A stretch of 64,000 nucleotides of DNA, from contig NC_086108.1 of assembly GCF_963921235.1 (NCBI RefSeq), positions 22,258,001-22,322,000 on the forward strand, written 5' to 3'. The notes below the pieces were generated by a model. That model searched no databases and was not told where the DNA came from. It saw only the letters and a program-made list of their open reading frames with translations. This document shows, in pieces, positions 51,668 to 64,000 of the stretch (position 1 is the stretch's first letter; every line of letters starts with the position of its first letter). This DNA comes from Mobula hypostoma. Lineage: Eukaryota. The translations under genes and the position numbers were made by a program.

Positions 51668-52413
51668 TATGTCCCACTGAGTACATTTTAACTGATTGTC
51701 AGCATGAACTGAACAATGGTGTACATTGCAAACTTCAGTCTGACTTCTGCTTAGTGGCCAAACTATTTCACCATCAAGAGAAATTTCTTATTTTTCCAGC
51801 CACTGCTCTTCCCCACCACCCCCACCCAGCTACTTCTGCTAATTTGTTTTTCTTTCTAGAATCATAGAGAAGTACAGCACAGAATCAGGCCCTTTGGCCC
51901 ATCTAAGTCTGTGCTGAACCTTTTAAATTGACTACTCCCATTGGACTGCACTGAGACTATAGCCCTAAATATCCCTACCATCCATGTACCTATCCAAACT
52001 TCGATTAAACATTGAAATAGAGTTTGAATGCACCACTTTTCTCGGTTCTGATGAAGGGTTTCGTTTTTCTTTCCACAAGCATTGCCTAACCTTCTGAGTT
52101 TTCTAGCATTTTCTGTTTTTATTGAAGGTTTCCAGCATCTGCATTAAAAAGTATATATATTTAGAGCTCTGAAACATTTTTCATTCTCCTTCTTCCCCAG
52201 TTGTTCCCCTACATGGCAGGAAAGCAACTTCCAAATTGCAGTTCTGTCAGGCTAAAGAACTAGATCAATGCCTCTTCCACTAATCTTATGTTTTTAACTT
52301 GTTAGTCCTACAGAACAATATCTTTGTATCTAAGAAAATATTATGTTAGCAAAGCAACTTAATTGATTAAGATATATAAAGTTAATTAAAAAAGAAGTTC
52401 ATTTTTCCTACAG

Positions 52414-52494
52414 AAATGAGTCAAAGCTCATCAAGAAGAGCTAGGTCCACTGAAGGCCAAAGCACTGACCAGCTCAGGATACCGACAATCATTA
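52414..52494 (+). CDS. Possible internal exon (EMSQSSSRRARSTEGQSTDQLRIPTII); donor uncertain
   Basis: Strong acceptor tttttcctacag|; weak donor A|gtaact; 81 nt. Confidence 0.35.
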
Positions 52495-53079
52495 GTAACT
52501 GACAATGAGTCGCCTTAAGGTTTAGTATTTCTTGCTGCAAGTTTCTAATTTGTAGAATGAGGTTGTGATGTGTCCCATGGATTTCTATTTTCAGAGTGGT
52601 AGATAATTAAATTAAGTTTGTTTCCTCTGAGGGAGTGTAGGGCAGATGCAAGCACATTATCCACAGGGTAACGATGGCACTGGATGAAATGTTCTCTCAA
52701 ACCACTGTCTCTCCTGAATCTTCCTCTTTGATCCTACCTCTTTCAATGCATTTCCCACTCGTGTCGAGGAGTTGTCTGCTGGCACCTCTTTGAAAATACT
52801 TAAACCTGTCAATATTAGAAACTAGGTATATTTGGAGCCTAATTAGTTTTGGATAGGAGACAGCCTAGTAATCCTGCATCCTGTAATCCTGCCTTTGTCT
52901 GAAAAGAAGATGAGTACCAACTGTTGGGTCACTCTGATAATCCCCTCTGACGTTGTAGCATCTAGGATGCTCCAGTGGGTATAGTAAGTACCTTTGACTT
53001 GGAATTTGCATCTGAATTACTATTGTGCTTGAGAAAAACATCACAAAATAGATAGTAACTTTTTACTGTCAGAGTTCAG

Positions 53080-53310
53080 TTCCCGTTACTGTCTGTAAAG
53101 AGTTAGTGTGTTCTCCCCGTGACGGCGTGGCCAGGTGCTTCAGTCTCCTCCCACATTCCAAAGACGTACTTGCTAGGAGTGGTATGCCACGATGGCGCTG
53201 GTAGTGCGATCACGCTCGCTGGGCTACCCCAGAACATCTTCGATGCAATTGATGCATTTCACTGTATATTTTGGTGTTGGAATGTGCATGTGACAAATAA
53301 AGTTAATCTT
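53080..53310 (+). mobile_element. V-SINE/HE1-like SINE remnant
   Basis: gttctccccgtg..ctcccacattccaaagacgt central domain. Confidence 0.6.
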
Positions 53311-55045
53311 TGCCAATGTTTCTCCTTCGAGAAGGTTCCTAGCAAAGAATTGTGTATTATCTTGAAAATAGAACACAACCCAATTCAGGCTAAAATAATA
53401 TTGCAGCTTTATTACCTGATTAATAATTAAACAAAATGAAATGAAGCAAAAAAGTTGACAATATAATTATTGGGTACTTGAGAGGGAACATTGAAATAAC
53501 TTTTGTACACCTCATGTGCTATAGTTTCCTCAAGTCCAAATTAAGTGTCTATTATTTTGAATAACAAATGACCCTTCACGGTGTCTGCTGACTTTATATT
53601 TAGAGCTATTTTCCAGCTGTTATTTCTAACCTTTAGTCACAAGTTTTGCCAGTGAAATTGCAGAATATCTTACAATTCTTATCCTTGGCGAAATTATAAG
53701 TATCATCAAAAATAATACATGATCTATGACTTCTAAATCAGGCATTTACCCCAAGCCATTTGAGAACAGTAAAGTACTTTAGAAAACTCGCTTTCTTGAT
53801 AGATAGCCCTTGGGCATTATCACTGTGGGACCAGCTAGTTGCTCTCAACGATTCTGGAGAGCCATGGTAAACAGCAAAAAAGAGAGATTAATTCATTAGT
53901 CTTGACAACAATGGATCTAACGTAAGCCTCTTTACCAATGTGACACAGTACATTTTTTAAATTCCCTTACTCCTAAGACTACCTTACCTCCCACTTTTGC
54001 CATTTGTGCCTTTGGGGCCACTCAGGTCTTTCGTCTAATAGCTTCCAAACTGCTTGAATTGTATTTTAGTGTTCAACATTTCCAAAAGATCTCCACTTCT
54101 TAGCTTACCCACACCTTCTTCACACCTCCATAAAGTGTGATTTTTTCAGTTACCTGTACTGTTCAAAATTCAAACACATATCTGCCAAGTGTGATGCACC
54201 ATTGAAGCCTGGTAGCTCTCTTGGGCATCTGTATTCCGGGATGTCTCTTTATATGTTGAGGCTGAGAAACTTCTGTTCCAAAAATTGATTATCCTAGAGT
54301 TGAGCAATATTTTCTGTTTGTTGGGAAATTCACCTCTTGATTTTGCAGAAATTTTTGTTTCAGAAGTGAAACATACACAGGTTCTTTGCCATGTGAATTG
54401 CCCTGCCAAATAGTGACATATCTTGTTTATTCATCGACCCAGGTCCTTTCTCCTGATAGTTTCAGATTGTTTCTCCTGAAACACTGCATTTCAAAGAGTC
54501 TGCTTACTGTATTTCTTGTCTACCTCCGGCATCGGCCCCCACATTGAGCCTCACTAATGTCCTTGGATTGTTTCGTGCAGGGAGATCATGGTACTAGAGG
54601 TTCACAGCTTTGAGATTGTTCTGTATTTTTGCTTACTGTAGTATTTAGGAGGTCACTCAGCTTCATTACTCAAAGGGTTGAGAAGACTTCATTTAGCGCA
54701 TACACAATGCACAGGCAGGGAGAGGGCTCGTCTGCAGTCATTCATGGATTACAATTGTTTAGTAATACTTTATGGAGTAACTCCCAACACCACTTGTTTG
54801 TACCCCTGGAGGATCTCTGTAATCTGTGCACAAAGAACATGCCTTTGTTTGTGCTCTATTCTCATCAGTCTGTCCAGATCCTTCCAACACTCTGGGAGCA
54901 CTCTGCTCTCAACTTCTTGTCTCTGTTGCAAATGTTCTTTAAATAGCCTAAATGCAAGCAGCTGTGAGGAGTTGCAAATGAGAAGTAGAATAGACAGCTG
55001 GAAATGACACAATATAACTTTACCCAGCATTGCTGTCCTACGAAT

Positions 55046-56812
55046 TTCAAGTTCAAGTTTATTGTCATACCCCACACCCCCACACGTATACCATCAAATG
55101 AAACAATGTTCCTCTGGGCCAAGGTGCACAACACAGTACATAGACTTGCACACAACATATAAAGTAATATTACCACAAGATGCATTTAGGACACAAGTGA
55201 AAATGTAAACAGTGTGATGCAACTGGCAGTTCATACACGATGAGACCTGGGAGGTGGCAGGGAGTTCAGCAGTCTCACCGCCTGGGGTAGCAAGATGTTT
55301 CCCTTCTTTGTCCTTGTCCTAATGCTATGGTAGTTCATGCCTGATGGTAGGGGGTCAAAGAGATTGTTGGACGGTTGGGAGGGATGGTATAAATAATACC
55401 AAGAGCACTGTGTATGCAGCACTCCTGATAAATATCTCTGATGGGTGAAAAAGAGACCTCAGTGATCCTCTCAACAGTCCTTGCAATCATTTGTAGGGCC
55501 TTGTGGTCATATGCCTTGTGATTCCCACACCAGATAGTGATGCAGCTGGTCAGGACGCTCCTAGTGGTGCTCCTGCAAAAAATAATTAAAATGAGGGGTT
55601 GGGGGAACCTCGCTCGCCTCAATCCCCTCTGGAAGTGGAGATGCTGCTGTGTTTTCTTGACCAAAGAGGTGGTGTAGGGGACCAGGTGAGATTGTCTATT
55701 ATGTAATCACAAACAAGAGAAAACCTGCAGATGCTGCAAATTGAAGCAACACGCACAAAATGCTCAAGGAACTCAGCAGACCAGGCAGCATCTATGGAAA
55801 AGAGTACAGTCGACATTTTGGGCAGAAAAATAAGTTCCTCCAGCATATTGTGTGTGTTGTCCATTATGTACGCTCTCAGAAACTTGGTACTCCTAACTCT
55901 CTCCACAAAGGAGCCGATATATGCAGTGAGGAGTAATGAACCTGCACTTTCCTAAAGTCCACAAGCATCTCTTTGGTCTTGTCCACTATGAGATTCAAGT
56001 TGTTATGCTCGCACCATGCTACAAGCCGCTCAAACTCCCTTCTGTGTAGTCGTCATTGCTGATGAGACCAACCATTGTTGTGTCATCAGCAAACATGATG
56101 ATTGGGTTTGAACTGGATCGAGCAGTACAATCATGTGTCAGCAGTGTGAACAGCAGCAGGTTGAGCACACAACCCCAGAGGTGCCGGTGCTCAGCGTGAC
56201 GGAGCTGAAGATGTTACTGCCAACATGGACTGACTGTGGCCTTTCTCTCAAGAAGTCCAAGATCCAGTTACAGAGAGAGGTGTAGAGACCCAACGAGGTC
56301 AGCTTACTCCTCAGCTTTTAAGGGGTGATTGTATTAAACACCAAGCTAAAATCGATAACCAGCAGCCTGGCATATGAGGCACCATTTTCCACATGGAATA
56401 GGATTAGTGGAGTACAGAGGGCTTGGCATTATCAGTGGACTTACTTGAGTGATAGAGGAGATGGAAAGTGTCCAATGTAGCAGGAAGATGGGATTTACTA
56501 TGATCCATAAACAGCCATTCAAAGCTCTTCATTACTGTTGAGGTTAGTGCCACTGGCCAGTAGTCATTGAGGGAGGTTACTGTCACCCTCTTGGGCACTG
56601 GGATGATGGTGGCCACCTTGAAGCCTGCGGGGACAGTGGACTGTTCCAGAGAGATTTGAAGATGTCTGTTAGAGCCTCTGTCAACTAGGCTGCACAATCC
56701 CTCAGCACTCGGCCAGGTACGTTATCAGGCCCCACAGCTCTATGTGGGTTGACCCTGGCTAGGGTCTTCCTCACATCAGCTGCGGCCACACAGAGTGCCT
56801 GCTCCTCGGGGA
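55046..56812 (-). mobile_element. Old Rex1 LINE; contains a Penelope stub at 55705-55857
   Basis: LNDYWPVALTS; ttcaagttcaag tail; stub flanked by tgtc(t/c)attatgt. Confidence 0.85.
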
Positions 56813-57280
56813 GCAATTCAATTTGAATCTTTAATTTGCAGTAAAAGGTTGTGATTGTTATGGGATTTTTCCCAAGGTGATTGACAATGCTGTTTCATTG
56901 CCATAAAAATAAAATGTATCTATTTTCTGAGTTTATGTATGAAGTATGTTGTGTCCAAAGTTGTTTGGTGGAATGATTATATGATTCGTAACAACATCAT
57001 AATTCCTAACTTCAATTCTCTAGATCACACTAAAAATCCAAGGGAAAAGAGAGCTCGAGTCTTTTATGTATGTGTTGAAGCAATCTGTTTCATTGATATC
57101 ATTGGAGACATATGGTGTCCCCTGGTCTGTCTCCTTTGTCCATCCTGCTAAGGATTGTATCAGGATGCAAAGTAAATGTTCGATTCAAATAACTTCAGAG
57201 TAAACTGGTTTATGGTCTAGTCTTTTCGTAATTCGATGTTTTTGTTCAAAAGTTTCTTTCTACTATTTTCTTCCTTTAAG

Positions 57281-57358
57281 ACGTTGAAACCAATGTCACT
57301 AGTGCACCTCATGTTGCACTAAACCTTGAGAAATGCAAGTCACATCAAGCTGGACATA
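57281..57358 (+). CDS. Possible internal exon (xVETNVTSAPHVALNLEKCKSHQAGH); donor uncertain
   Basis: Strong acceptor ttttcttcctttaag|; donor A|gtactt; 78 nt. Confidence 0.35.
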
Positions 57359-57401
57359 GTACTTATTAATGTAAAGTGAATGTTCGTAATTTATTGTCTT
57401 T

Positions 57402-57672
57402 TAGTCATAGACATACTTTATTGATCCCGGGGAAAATTAGTTTTTGTTACAGTTGCACCATAAATAATAAATAGTAATAAAACCATAAATAGTTAAATAG
57501 TAATATGTAAATTATGCCAGGAAGTAAGTCCAGGACCAGCCTAGTGGCTCAGGGTGTCTGACCCTCCAAGGGAGGAGTTGTAAAGTTTGATGGCCACAGG
57601 CAGGAATGAATTCCTATGACGCTCTGTGTTGCATCTCGGTGGAATGAGTCTCTGGCTGAATGTACTCCTGTG
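57402..57672 (-). mobile_element. Rex1-like 3' stub
   Basis: Near-identical to 50676-50967. Confidence 0.85.
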
Positions 57673-58417
57673 CATTTGCCACTGATAGTAATAATTAAAG
57701 TTAAAATGGCACTATATTTTGGATTCAGCATTTCAGAGCAGTGGCTCTGTATGCTGAAATGCAAATGTCTAGCTGATGAAGAAACTGATTGCTCTCAGAG
57801 GTCATAATTGGTAACTCCGGCTGTTTTTGTCTTTAACAACCATAACTTTTCTCACTGAACTTGTGACTTTTACCTTGTGTATCATGGTGCTGTCCTTGCC
57901 CTCTGGCCCTGGAACTTCAGAACAATTCTGGAATTATTTCACAATTAAAATACTTATTTCTAACTGTTTTTAATGGAAATTTTAATGAGCTGGTTACTGC
58001 ACTGAATGGAAAAAAATGGAAGTTTTATTTTTTAATCCTGCCCACACAAAGTTAGTCACTGTAATTATGCAACCTACACTGCTGGTATTAATCTGAAGTC
58101 CAGTGCAGGCAATTCATTTTAGAACTTGTTCCAGTCTTTAAAGAACAAAGAATGTCGTGTATAATTAAAAAAGTGGCTCGGTCACTGTTGCATCCATGGT
58201 AATTGTGCAGTTACTAATGGATACTCTGGTACACACAGGTTCCTTCATAACAAATGAGACTGACAAGATAGTAACACCACGTCCTTCGATAAGGAATGCA
58301 AGGAAAAGAAATGCTGGTAAGCTGTGCTAATCACCTCATTCTGTTGACACTTCAAAGCAGTTTATGAACTAGTCTTCAAGACATTTGATCTTAATACTTT
58401 AGGACTGGATGTGCTTT

Positions 58418-59220
58418 TTCAAAGGGTTCAAAGATACATTTAATGTCAAAGATATGTATACAATATACATTCTGAAATGCTTTTTCTTCGCAACCATCCA
58501 CGAACACAGAGGAGCCCCCCCAAAGTTAGAACCCCAAAGCCCCCCCCCAAGTTCCCCCCTTCCCGCGCATAGGCAGCAGCAAAGCAACGATCACAACCTC
58601 CCACCACCAGCAAAAATAAAAAGCATTGGCACCCGCCACCGAGTACTCAAGCGTGCAGCAAAGCAACAGCAAAGACACAGATTTGCAGTAGCCCAAAGAC
58701 TACTCGTTCACCCAGTATTCGACATACCACAGGCTCCCTCTCCCTAATAAGGGAGAAAGAGGTGTCTCCATTTCACAGTGAGAGGGGAGACGTAACAAAC
58801 AACCTGCTGGTTTACGATGTTAGAAGTCCATTGCGTTGCTTTTTCTGAGCTCTGTATCCAAAGAGCTCGGGTCTCTGGGCATATAGCCAGAGATCTTCTG
58901 TCTCCCAATGTATCGATTTTCTGCCGGGACACCGACCTTCAGTATGCCGTCTCCAGAGCCACAAGATCCCCAAACTCCGAGGGCAAGCTAATCTCTTAGG
59001 CCACATCCTTGGCATATTGAATAACGGCCAGTCACGAAACCCCGACTGCGGTTCCCATTCCCGCAAAGAATGGAAGTCAGCGTGTAACTCCAGGTCAGGG
59101 TCTTCAAAAGAACCCTGAAAGGGAAAACTAGAGATATTAAAGATGGAGATAGAGCTGTTTCCGAAGATGCAAGCAAAGGAGTCTCCGTTAGGCGCCATTG
59201 TCCTCCTAAGCTCCTCCTCC
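58418..59220 (-). mobile_element. Non-autonomous LINE-derived element (Rex1-like tail)
   Basis: ttcaaag tail motifs, 5' caatggcgcc; no RT motifs. Confidence 0.5.
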
Positions 59221-59795
59221 TTGTATTCATCCTTCAATTGTTCATTTCATTGTGTGCAAAAGTTCTTTGTAGAAAAAAGTGAGAAGATTTCACTGCTTTC
59301 TGTGTGAGAGAAACTGGGAAATTTAAGAATTGGAACTGTTTTAAATTCATTAATCTGGAACATAATGGAAGATAATAAACTTCTGAATTTATTCTGGCTG
59401 AACTCAAAGAGGGTTCCATGTTAATAGTATTAGAAAGTTGTCTCTTCAGTAAAATTGAAATCGTTAAGGTAAAAATGTCAGGTATTTAAAAGGGCTTTTA
59501 AAAAATCTTCATTTTAATTCATGCAGGGGATTTTTTTTTGTTTTTGACATATTTGTGTATTTACACTTATTTGGAAAACTTGAGTCATCCATTGTATTAT
59601 TAACTTCCACTACATGAGAGGTAACATAACCATCTGGAGGTATTGAAGAAATCATGTAAACAACAAGCGAACAACAATTCAAATGAAGTTTACCATCAGT
59701 AGCATGTCATCACTATAATGTATACTTAACAAAGCAATTGATCAGCAGTTTGTATGGGCATTTGATTATTTGCAACATGTTATTTTGTTTCTCAG

Positions 59796-59846
59796 ATCAT
59801 GGACCTGGTTCAGAATCTTCAGAGCCTCAAAAGAAGTCTTGTAAAG
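59796..59846 (+). CDS. Putative internal exon (xHGPGSESSEPQKKSCK)
   Basis: ttttgtttctcag| ... AAG|gtacat; 51 nt, phase 1-1; resembles 48493-48540. Confidence 0.6.
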
Positions 59847-60459
59847 GTACATTCTTACCATTTACTGTTAAATTCATTTCTAACTAAAGAGGTTTGTTCA
59901 TGAAGTGCAAACAAGTGAACAGTGATTCAAGCTCAAAAAGTAATGCAGTTGGTGCCCACTCACATAATTGGTTGGTGAGAAACAGATCCGCACAGTTAAA
60001 GTGACCTTTCATGGTTGTCATGGAGGTGAGGAGAACTGGGATAGGGGTTATCAGGAGTCCCCGTGTCACCTTGCAGTCTGAGTAGGTTATATCACAGAAT
60101 TATCAAAAATCCATAAAAATAATTCATAACACTGCAGAGGAGTAAGGGAGTAGATAAGTGGGAGAGTGAGAGATGTAAAAGTGTATGAGCTCCAAATAGA
60201 AAATCTCCAAAATGTGTTACTGCCAATTGCATTGTTTTGCATGACTGGCCCTAAACGAGAAAGGTGGTGGTGCACTGAAGGCTGTAGCCTGAAACATTTA
60301 TGTGACAGTGCAGACATGCTTTAATCTGTGTAATTTTTTTTAAAAAATTGCATTACAAATACAAAGTTCCATCAGGACCACTTTAATTCAGACATGATTC
60401 ACAGCTTTCAGCATCTGACCTTGCTGAACTGACTTTATAACAAATTTCATCATCTTTGT

Positions 60460-61200
60460 CAATAAGCCAAACACTGCACAACATTAAAAACACTCCATCC
60501 CTATCGTGAAGCATGGTGGTGGCTGCATCATGTTGTGGGGATGCTTCACTGCAGCAGGCCCTGGAAGGCTTGTGAAGGTAGAGGGTAAAATGAATGCAGC
60601 AAAATGCAGGGAAATCCTGGAGGAAAACCTGATGCAGTCTACAAGAGAACTGCAACTTGGGAGAAGATTTGTTTTCCAGCAAGACAATGGCCCCAAGCGT
60701 AAAGCGAAATCTACACAGGAATGGCTTAATGACAACAAAGTTAATGTCCTGGAGTGGCCAAGTCGGAGTCCAGACCTCAATCCAATTGAGAATTTGTGGC
60801 TAGACTTGAAAAAGGCTGTTCACTCATGATCCCCATGCAATCTGACAGAGCTTGAGCAGTTTTGTAAAGAAGAAAGAAGAAATATTGCAGTGTCCAGATG
60901 TGCAAATCTGATAGAGACCTATCCACACAGACTTAAGCTGTAATTGCTGCCAAAGCTGCATCTACTAAATACTGACTTGAAGGGGGTAAATACTTATGCA
61001 ATCAATTATTTTGTGTTTTATTTTTGTAACTAATTTAGATCTCTTTATAGAGAGCTATTTTCACTTTGACACGAAAGAGTCTCTTCTGTTGATCAGTGTC
61101 AAAAAAGCCAAATTAAAGCCACTGGGATTCAATGTTGTAAAACAATAAAACATGAAAACTTCCATGGGGGGGGGCGGGTGAATAGTTTTTATAGGCACTA
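60460..61200 (+). mobile_element. Tc1 transposon 3' half
   Basis: KHGGGCIMLWGCF, FQQDNGPK, WPSRSPDLNPIENLW; TIR-like end ataggcacta. Confidence 0.88.
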
Positions 61201-61709
61201 TACGTTCCTATTATGGGTATGAACAAGTGAAAATGAAGGAGAATGAAGTGTATTTGAGGACTGGACTCTCAAACCAGTCCCCACTCTGTAGAGTGCTGTA
61301 TTACACCAATGTGTGCCTTTGTTCTCAACTTAGAAGCCATATATAGCTCACGTACAATGTGGTCTGCAGTGCCTCCAAGGACATGGTAGTAATGTAGAAA
61401 TAGCTTTATGGTGTGTGGCAAGAATTTGGAAGGTGAGCTACCCTTGTGATAGTGAAAAATTTGACTGTCACAGATGTTTCTGCATGACATGTTGGGTATT
61501 TTGCATGAAACATGATGCAACTATGGTTCTTTTTGCTGTCAGGATGTTCGTGAGTATTTTATTCAGAAGTTACCTTCCCTTTGACAAGGACACGTTGTCT
61601 GTCTTGAATGCTATTTGAAGCATGAATGCTGTATTCCACTTATTTGGCAATGCCTGAATGTCATCCATGTATTGCTCGAGGCAGGCATGGATTACACCAT
61701 TAACTGATA

Positions 61710-62112
61710 AATGCACAGGATCGCAAGAGGCTACAGAGTTGTAGGCTCAGATGGCTGTATCAAGGGCACTTCCCTGTCCCACCGTTGAGAACATCTTCAG
61801 GAGATGGTGCCTCAAGGAGGGGATAGCATTCCTAAGGACCCTCCCCCTTTCTCATTACCATCAGGGAAGAGGTACGGGAGCCTGAAGATGCACACTCAAT
61901 GTTTTAGGAACAGCTTCTTCCCTTCTGCCATTCACCACCTTGTTACTCCTTTCTTGTACTAGTCATAGTCATACTTTATTGATCCCGGGGAAAATTGGTT
62001 ACTATGTTATTTATTTATGTAATTTGTAGTAACTTTATGTGTTTGCATTGTATTACTGCCACAGAACAAAAAATTTCATGTCATATATGCCAGTGATAGT
62101 CAACCTGATTCT
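61710..62112 (+). mobile_element. Old Rex1 3' fragment
   Basis: SGKRYGSLK..RNSFFPSAI. Confidence 0.6.
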
Positions 62113-62771
62113 GACCACGTGCTGGAAAGTGGGTCATTAGCAGAACAATTGAAACTTGATGGCTCCAGGACACTGGGTTGAACTTCTGCAGCAAAGTCCT
62201 AGAATAGCTATGAACTTTATCTATTATTCTGAGCCAATTGACTATGAATGAGGAATGACAGGAAATGTAATTTTCCTGTTGATTCTCATTTGCTTCAATT
62301 TTACGAGGCCCTTGAATTCACAAAGCTGCCGAGAGATGAAAGATAGTAGCTTTCATCTAACCTCAGTAATTAAGCATTTTTGTGCGGGTAAATTCTGGAG
62401 CATAGGCTTTCAGTCCTGTGGATTTTGTTCTGTGCTGGGGATTTCTTGATGTCAAGTTGAATCAAAGCAGTTAAATTATAATTCACCCAAGCTTGGTGAA
62501 TTAATCATGTTTCTTAATGCTTCAGGTTTACCCTTTGAATTTTTGTGTTGACATCTATCATCTTTAAGAAGAGGGATGCTCGTGGGTTCTGGTTCATTAT
62601 GAAATCACTAATTGGTCTGTATCATGCTGACTTTAACTGCATTCTGCAAACTTGTATTTTAACTTCACCATTCTCGTCTTTTAAATTAGTTATGTCTGAA
62701 GTTGCTCCTATCATGGCCTATCCAGTCCTCGTTAAATCATTCTAACAGTTAATATTCACACTAATTATTTA

Positions 62772-64000
62772 CATAGAACATAGAATAGTACAGCACAGTA
62801 CAGGCCCTTCGGCCCACAATGTTGTGCTGGCCCTTAAACCCTGCCTCCCATATAATCCCCTAATTTAAATTCCTCCATATATTCCTGTCTAGTAGTCTCT
62901 TAAATTTCACTAGTGTATCTGCCTCCACCACTGGCTCAGGCAGTGCATTCCACGCACCAACCACTCTCTGAGTAAAAAACCTTCCTCTAATATCCCCCTT
63001 GAACTTCCAACCCCTTACCTTAAATCCATGTCCTTTTGTATTGAGCAGTGGTGCCCTGGGGAAGAGGCACTGGCTGTCCACTCTATCTATTCCTCTTAAT
63101 ATCTTGTTTACCTCTATCATGTCTCCTCTCATCCTCCTTCTCTCCAAAGAGTAAAGCCCTAGCTCCCTTAATCTCTGATCATAATGCATACTCTCCAAAC
63201 CAGGCAACATCCTGGCAAATCTCCTCTGTACCCTTTCCAATGCTTCCACATCCTTCCTATAGTGAGGTGACCAGAACTGGACACAGTACTCCAAGTGTGG
63301 CCTCACCATAGTTTTATAGAGCTGCATCATTACCTCGCGACTCTTAAACTCTATCCCTCGACTTATGAAAGCTGACACCCCATAAGCTTTCTTAACTACC
63401 CTATCTACCTGTGAGGCAACTTTCAGGGATCTGTGGACATGTACCCCCAGATCCCTCTGCTCCTCCACACTACCAAGAATCCTGCCATTTACTTTGTACT
63501 CTGCCTTGGAGTTTGTCCTTCCAAAGTGTACGGCCTCACACTTCTCCGGGTTGAACTCCATCTGTCACTTCTCAGCCCACTTCTGCATCCTATCAATGTC
63601 TCTCTGCAATCTTCGACAATCCTCTGCACTATCCACAACACCACCAACCTTTGTGTCCTCTGCAAACTTGCCAACCCACCCTTCTACCCCCACATCCAGG
63701 TTGTTAATAAAAATCACGAAAAGTAGAGGTTCCAGAACCGATCCTTGCAGGACACCACTAGACACAACCCTCCAATCTGAATGTACTCACTCCACCACGA
63801 CCCTCTGCCTTCTGCAGGCAAGCCAATTCTGAATCCACCTGGTCAAACTTCCCTGGTTCCCATGCCTTCTGACTTTCTGAATAAGCCTACCATGTGGAAC
63901 CTTGTCAAATGCCTTACTAAAATCCATGTAGATCTACTGCACTACCCTCATCTATATGCCTGGTCACCTCCTCAAAGAACTCTATCGGGCTTGTTAGACA
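62772..64000 (-). mobile_element. CR1 LINE ORF2 3' part, continuing beyond the window
   Basis: ORFs 62860-63561 and 63565-63765; catagaa tail. Confidence 0.92.

Noticed and set aside
43879..59846. Second gene as CEP350 (syntenic neighbour in mammals)
   Set aside because: Predicted peptides do not resemble the CEP350 N-terminus as I recall it; not formally excluded
59892..59939. Additional micro-exon
   Set aside because: Would need an intron of about 45 nt and has a poor acceptor

Overview
Eukaryotic, repeat-rich vertebrate DNA; the repeat families (CR1, Rex1/Babar, Penelope, V-SINE/HE1-like, Tc1) suggest a cartilaginous fish, probably a ray (inference). Host genes: (1) the 3' end of a torsin-1A-interacting protein gene (LAP1/LULL1 family, + strand): three small symmetric phase-1 exons (1121-1225, 3339-3443, 5249-5347) and a terminal exon encoding the TM and luminal domain (6870-7642). 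(2) A probable second + strand gene starting at a CpG-rich promoter near 43.75 kb, with similar tiny phase-1 exons and running off the window, possibly a tandem paralog. The rest is layered transposons. Two highlights. First, a decayed endogenous retrovirus (10119-19979) with two LTRs, ERV-L/class III-like gag and integrase and a gamma-type env remnant, split by a nested L1 > Rex1 insertion series. Second, a near full-length CR1 LINE (23824-28325, minus strand) whose intact 1010-codon ORF2 has no AUG before the endonuclease domain but is entered exactly by a UUUAAAC -1 slippery site at the ORF1 stop. All calls were made by eye; repeat boundaries are approximate and no database search was run.
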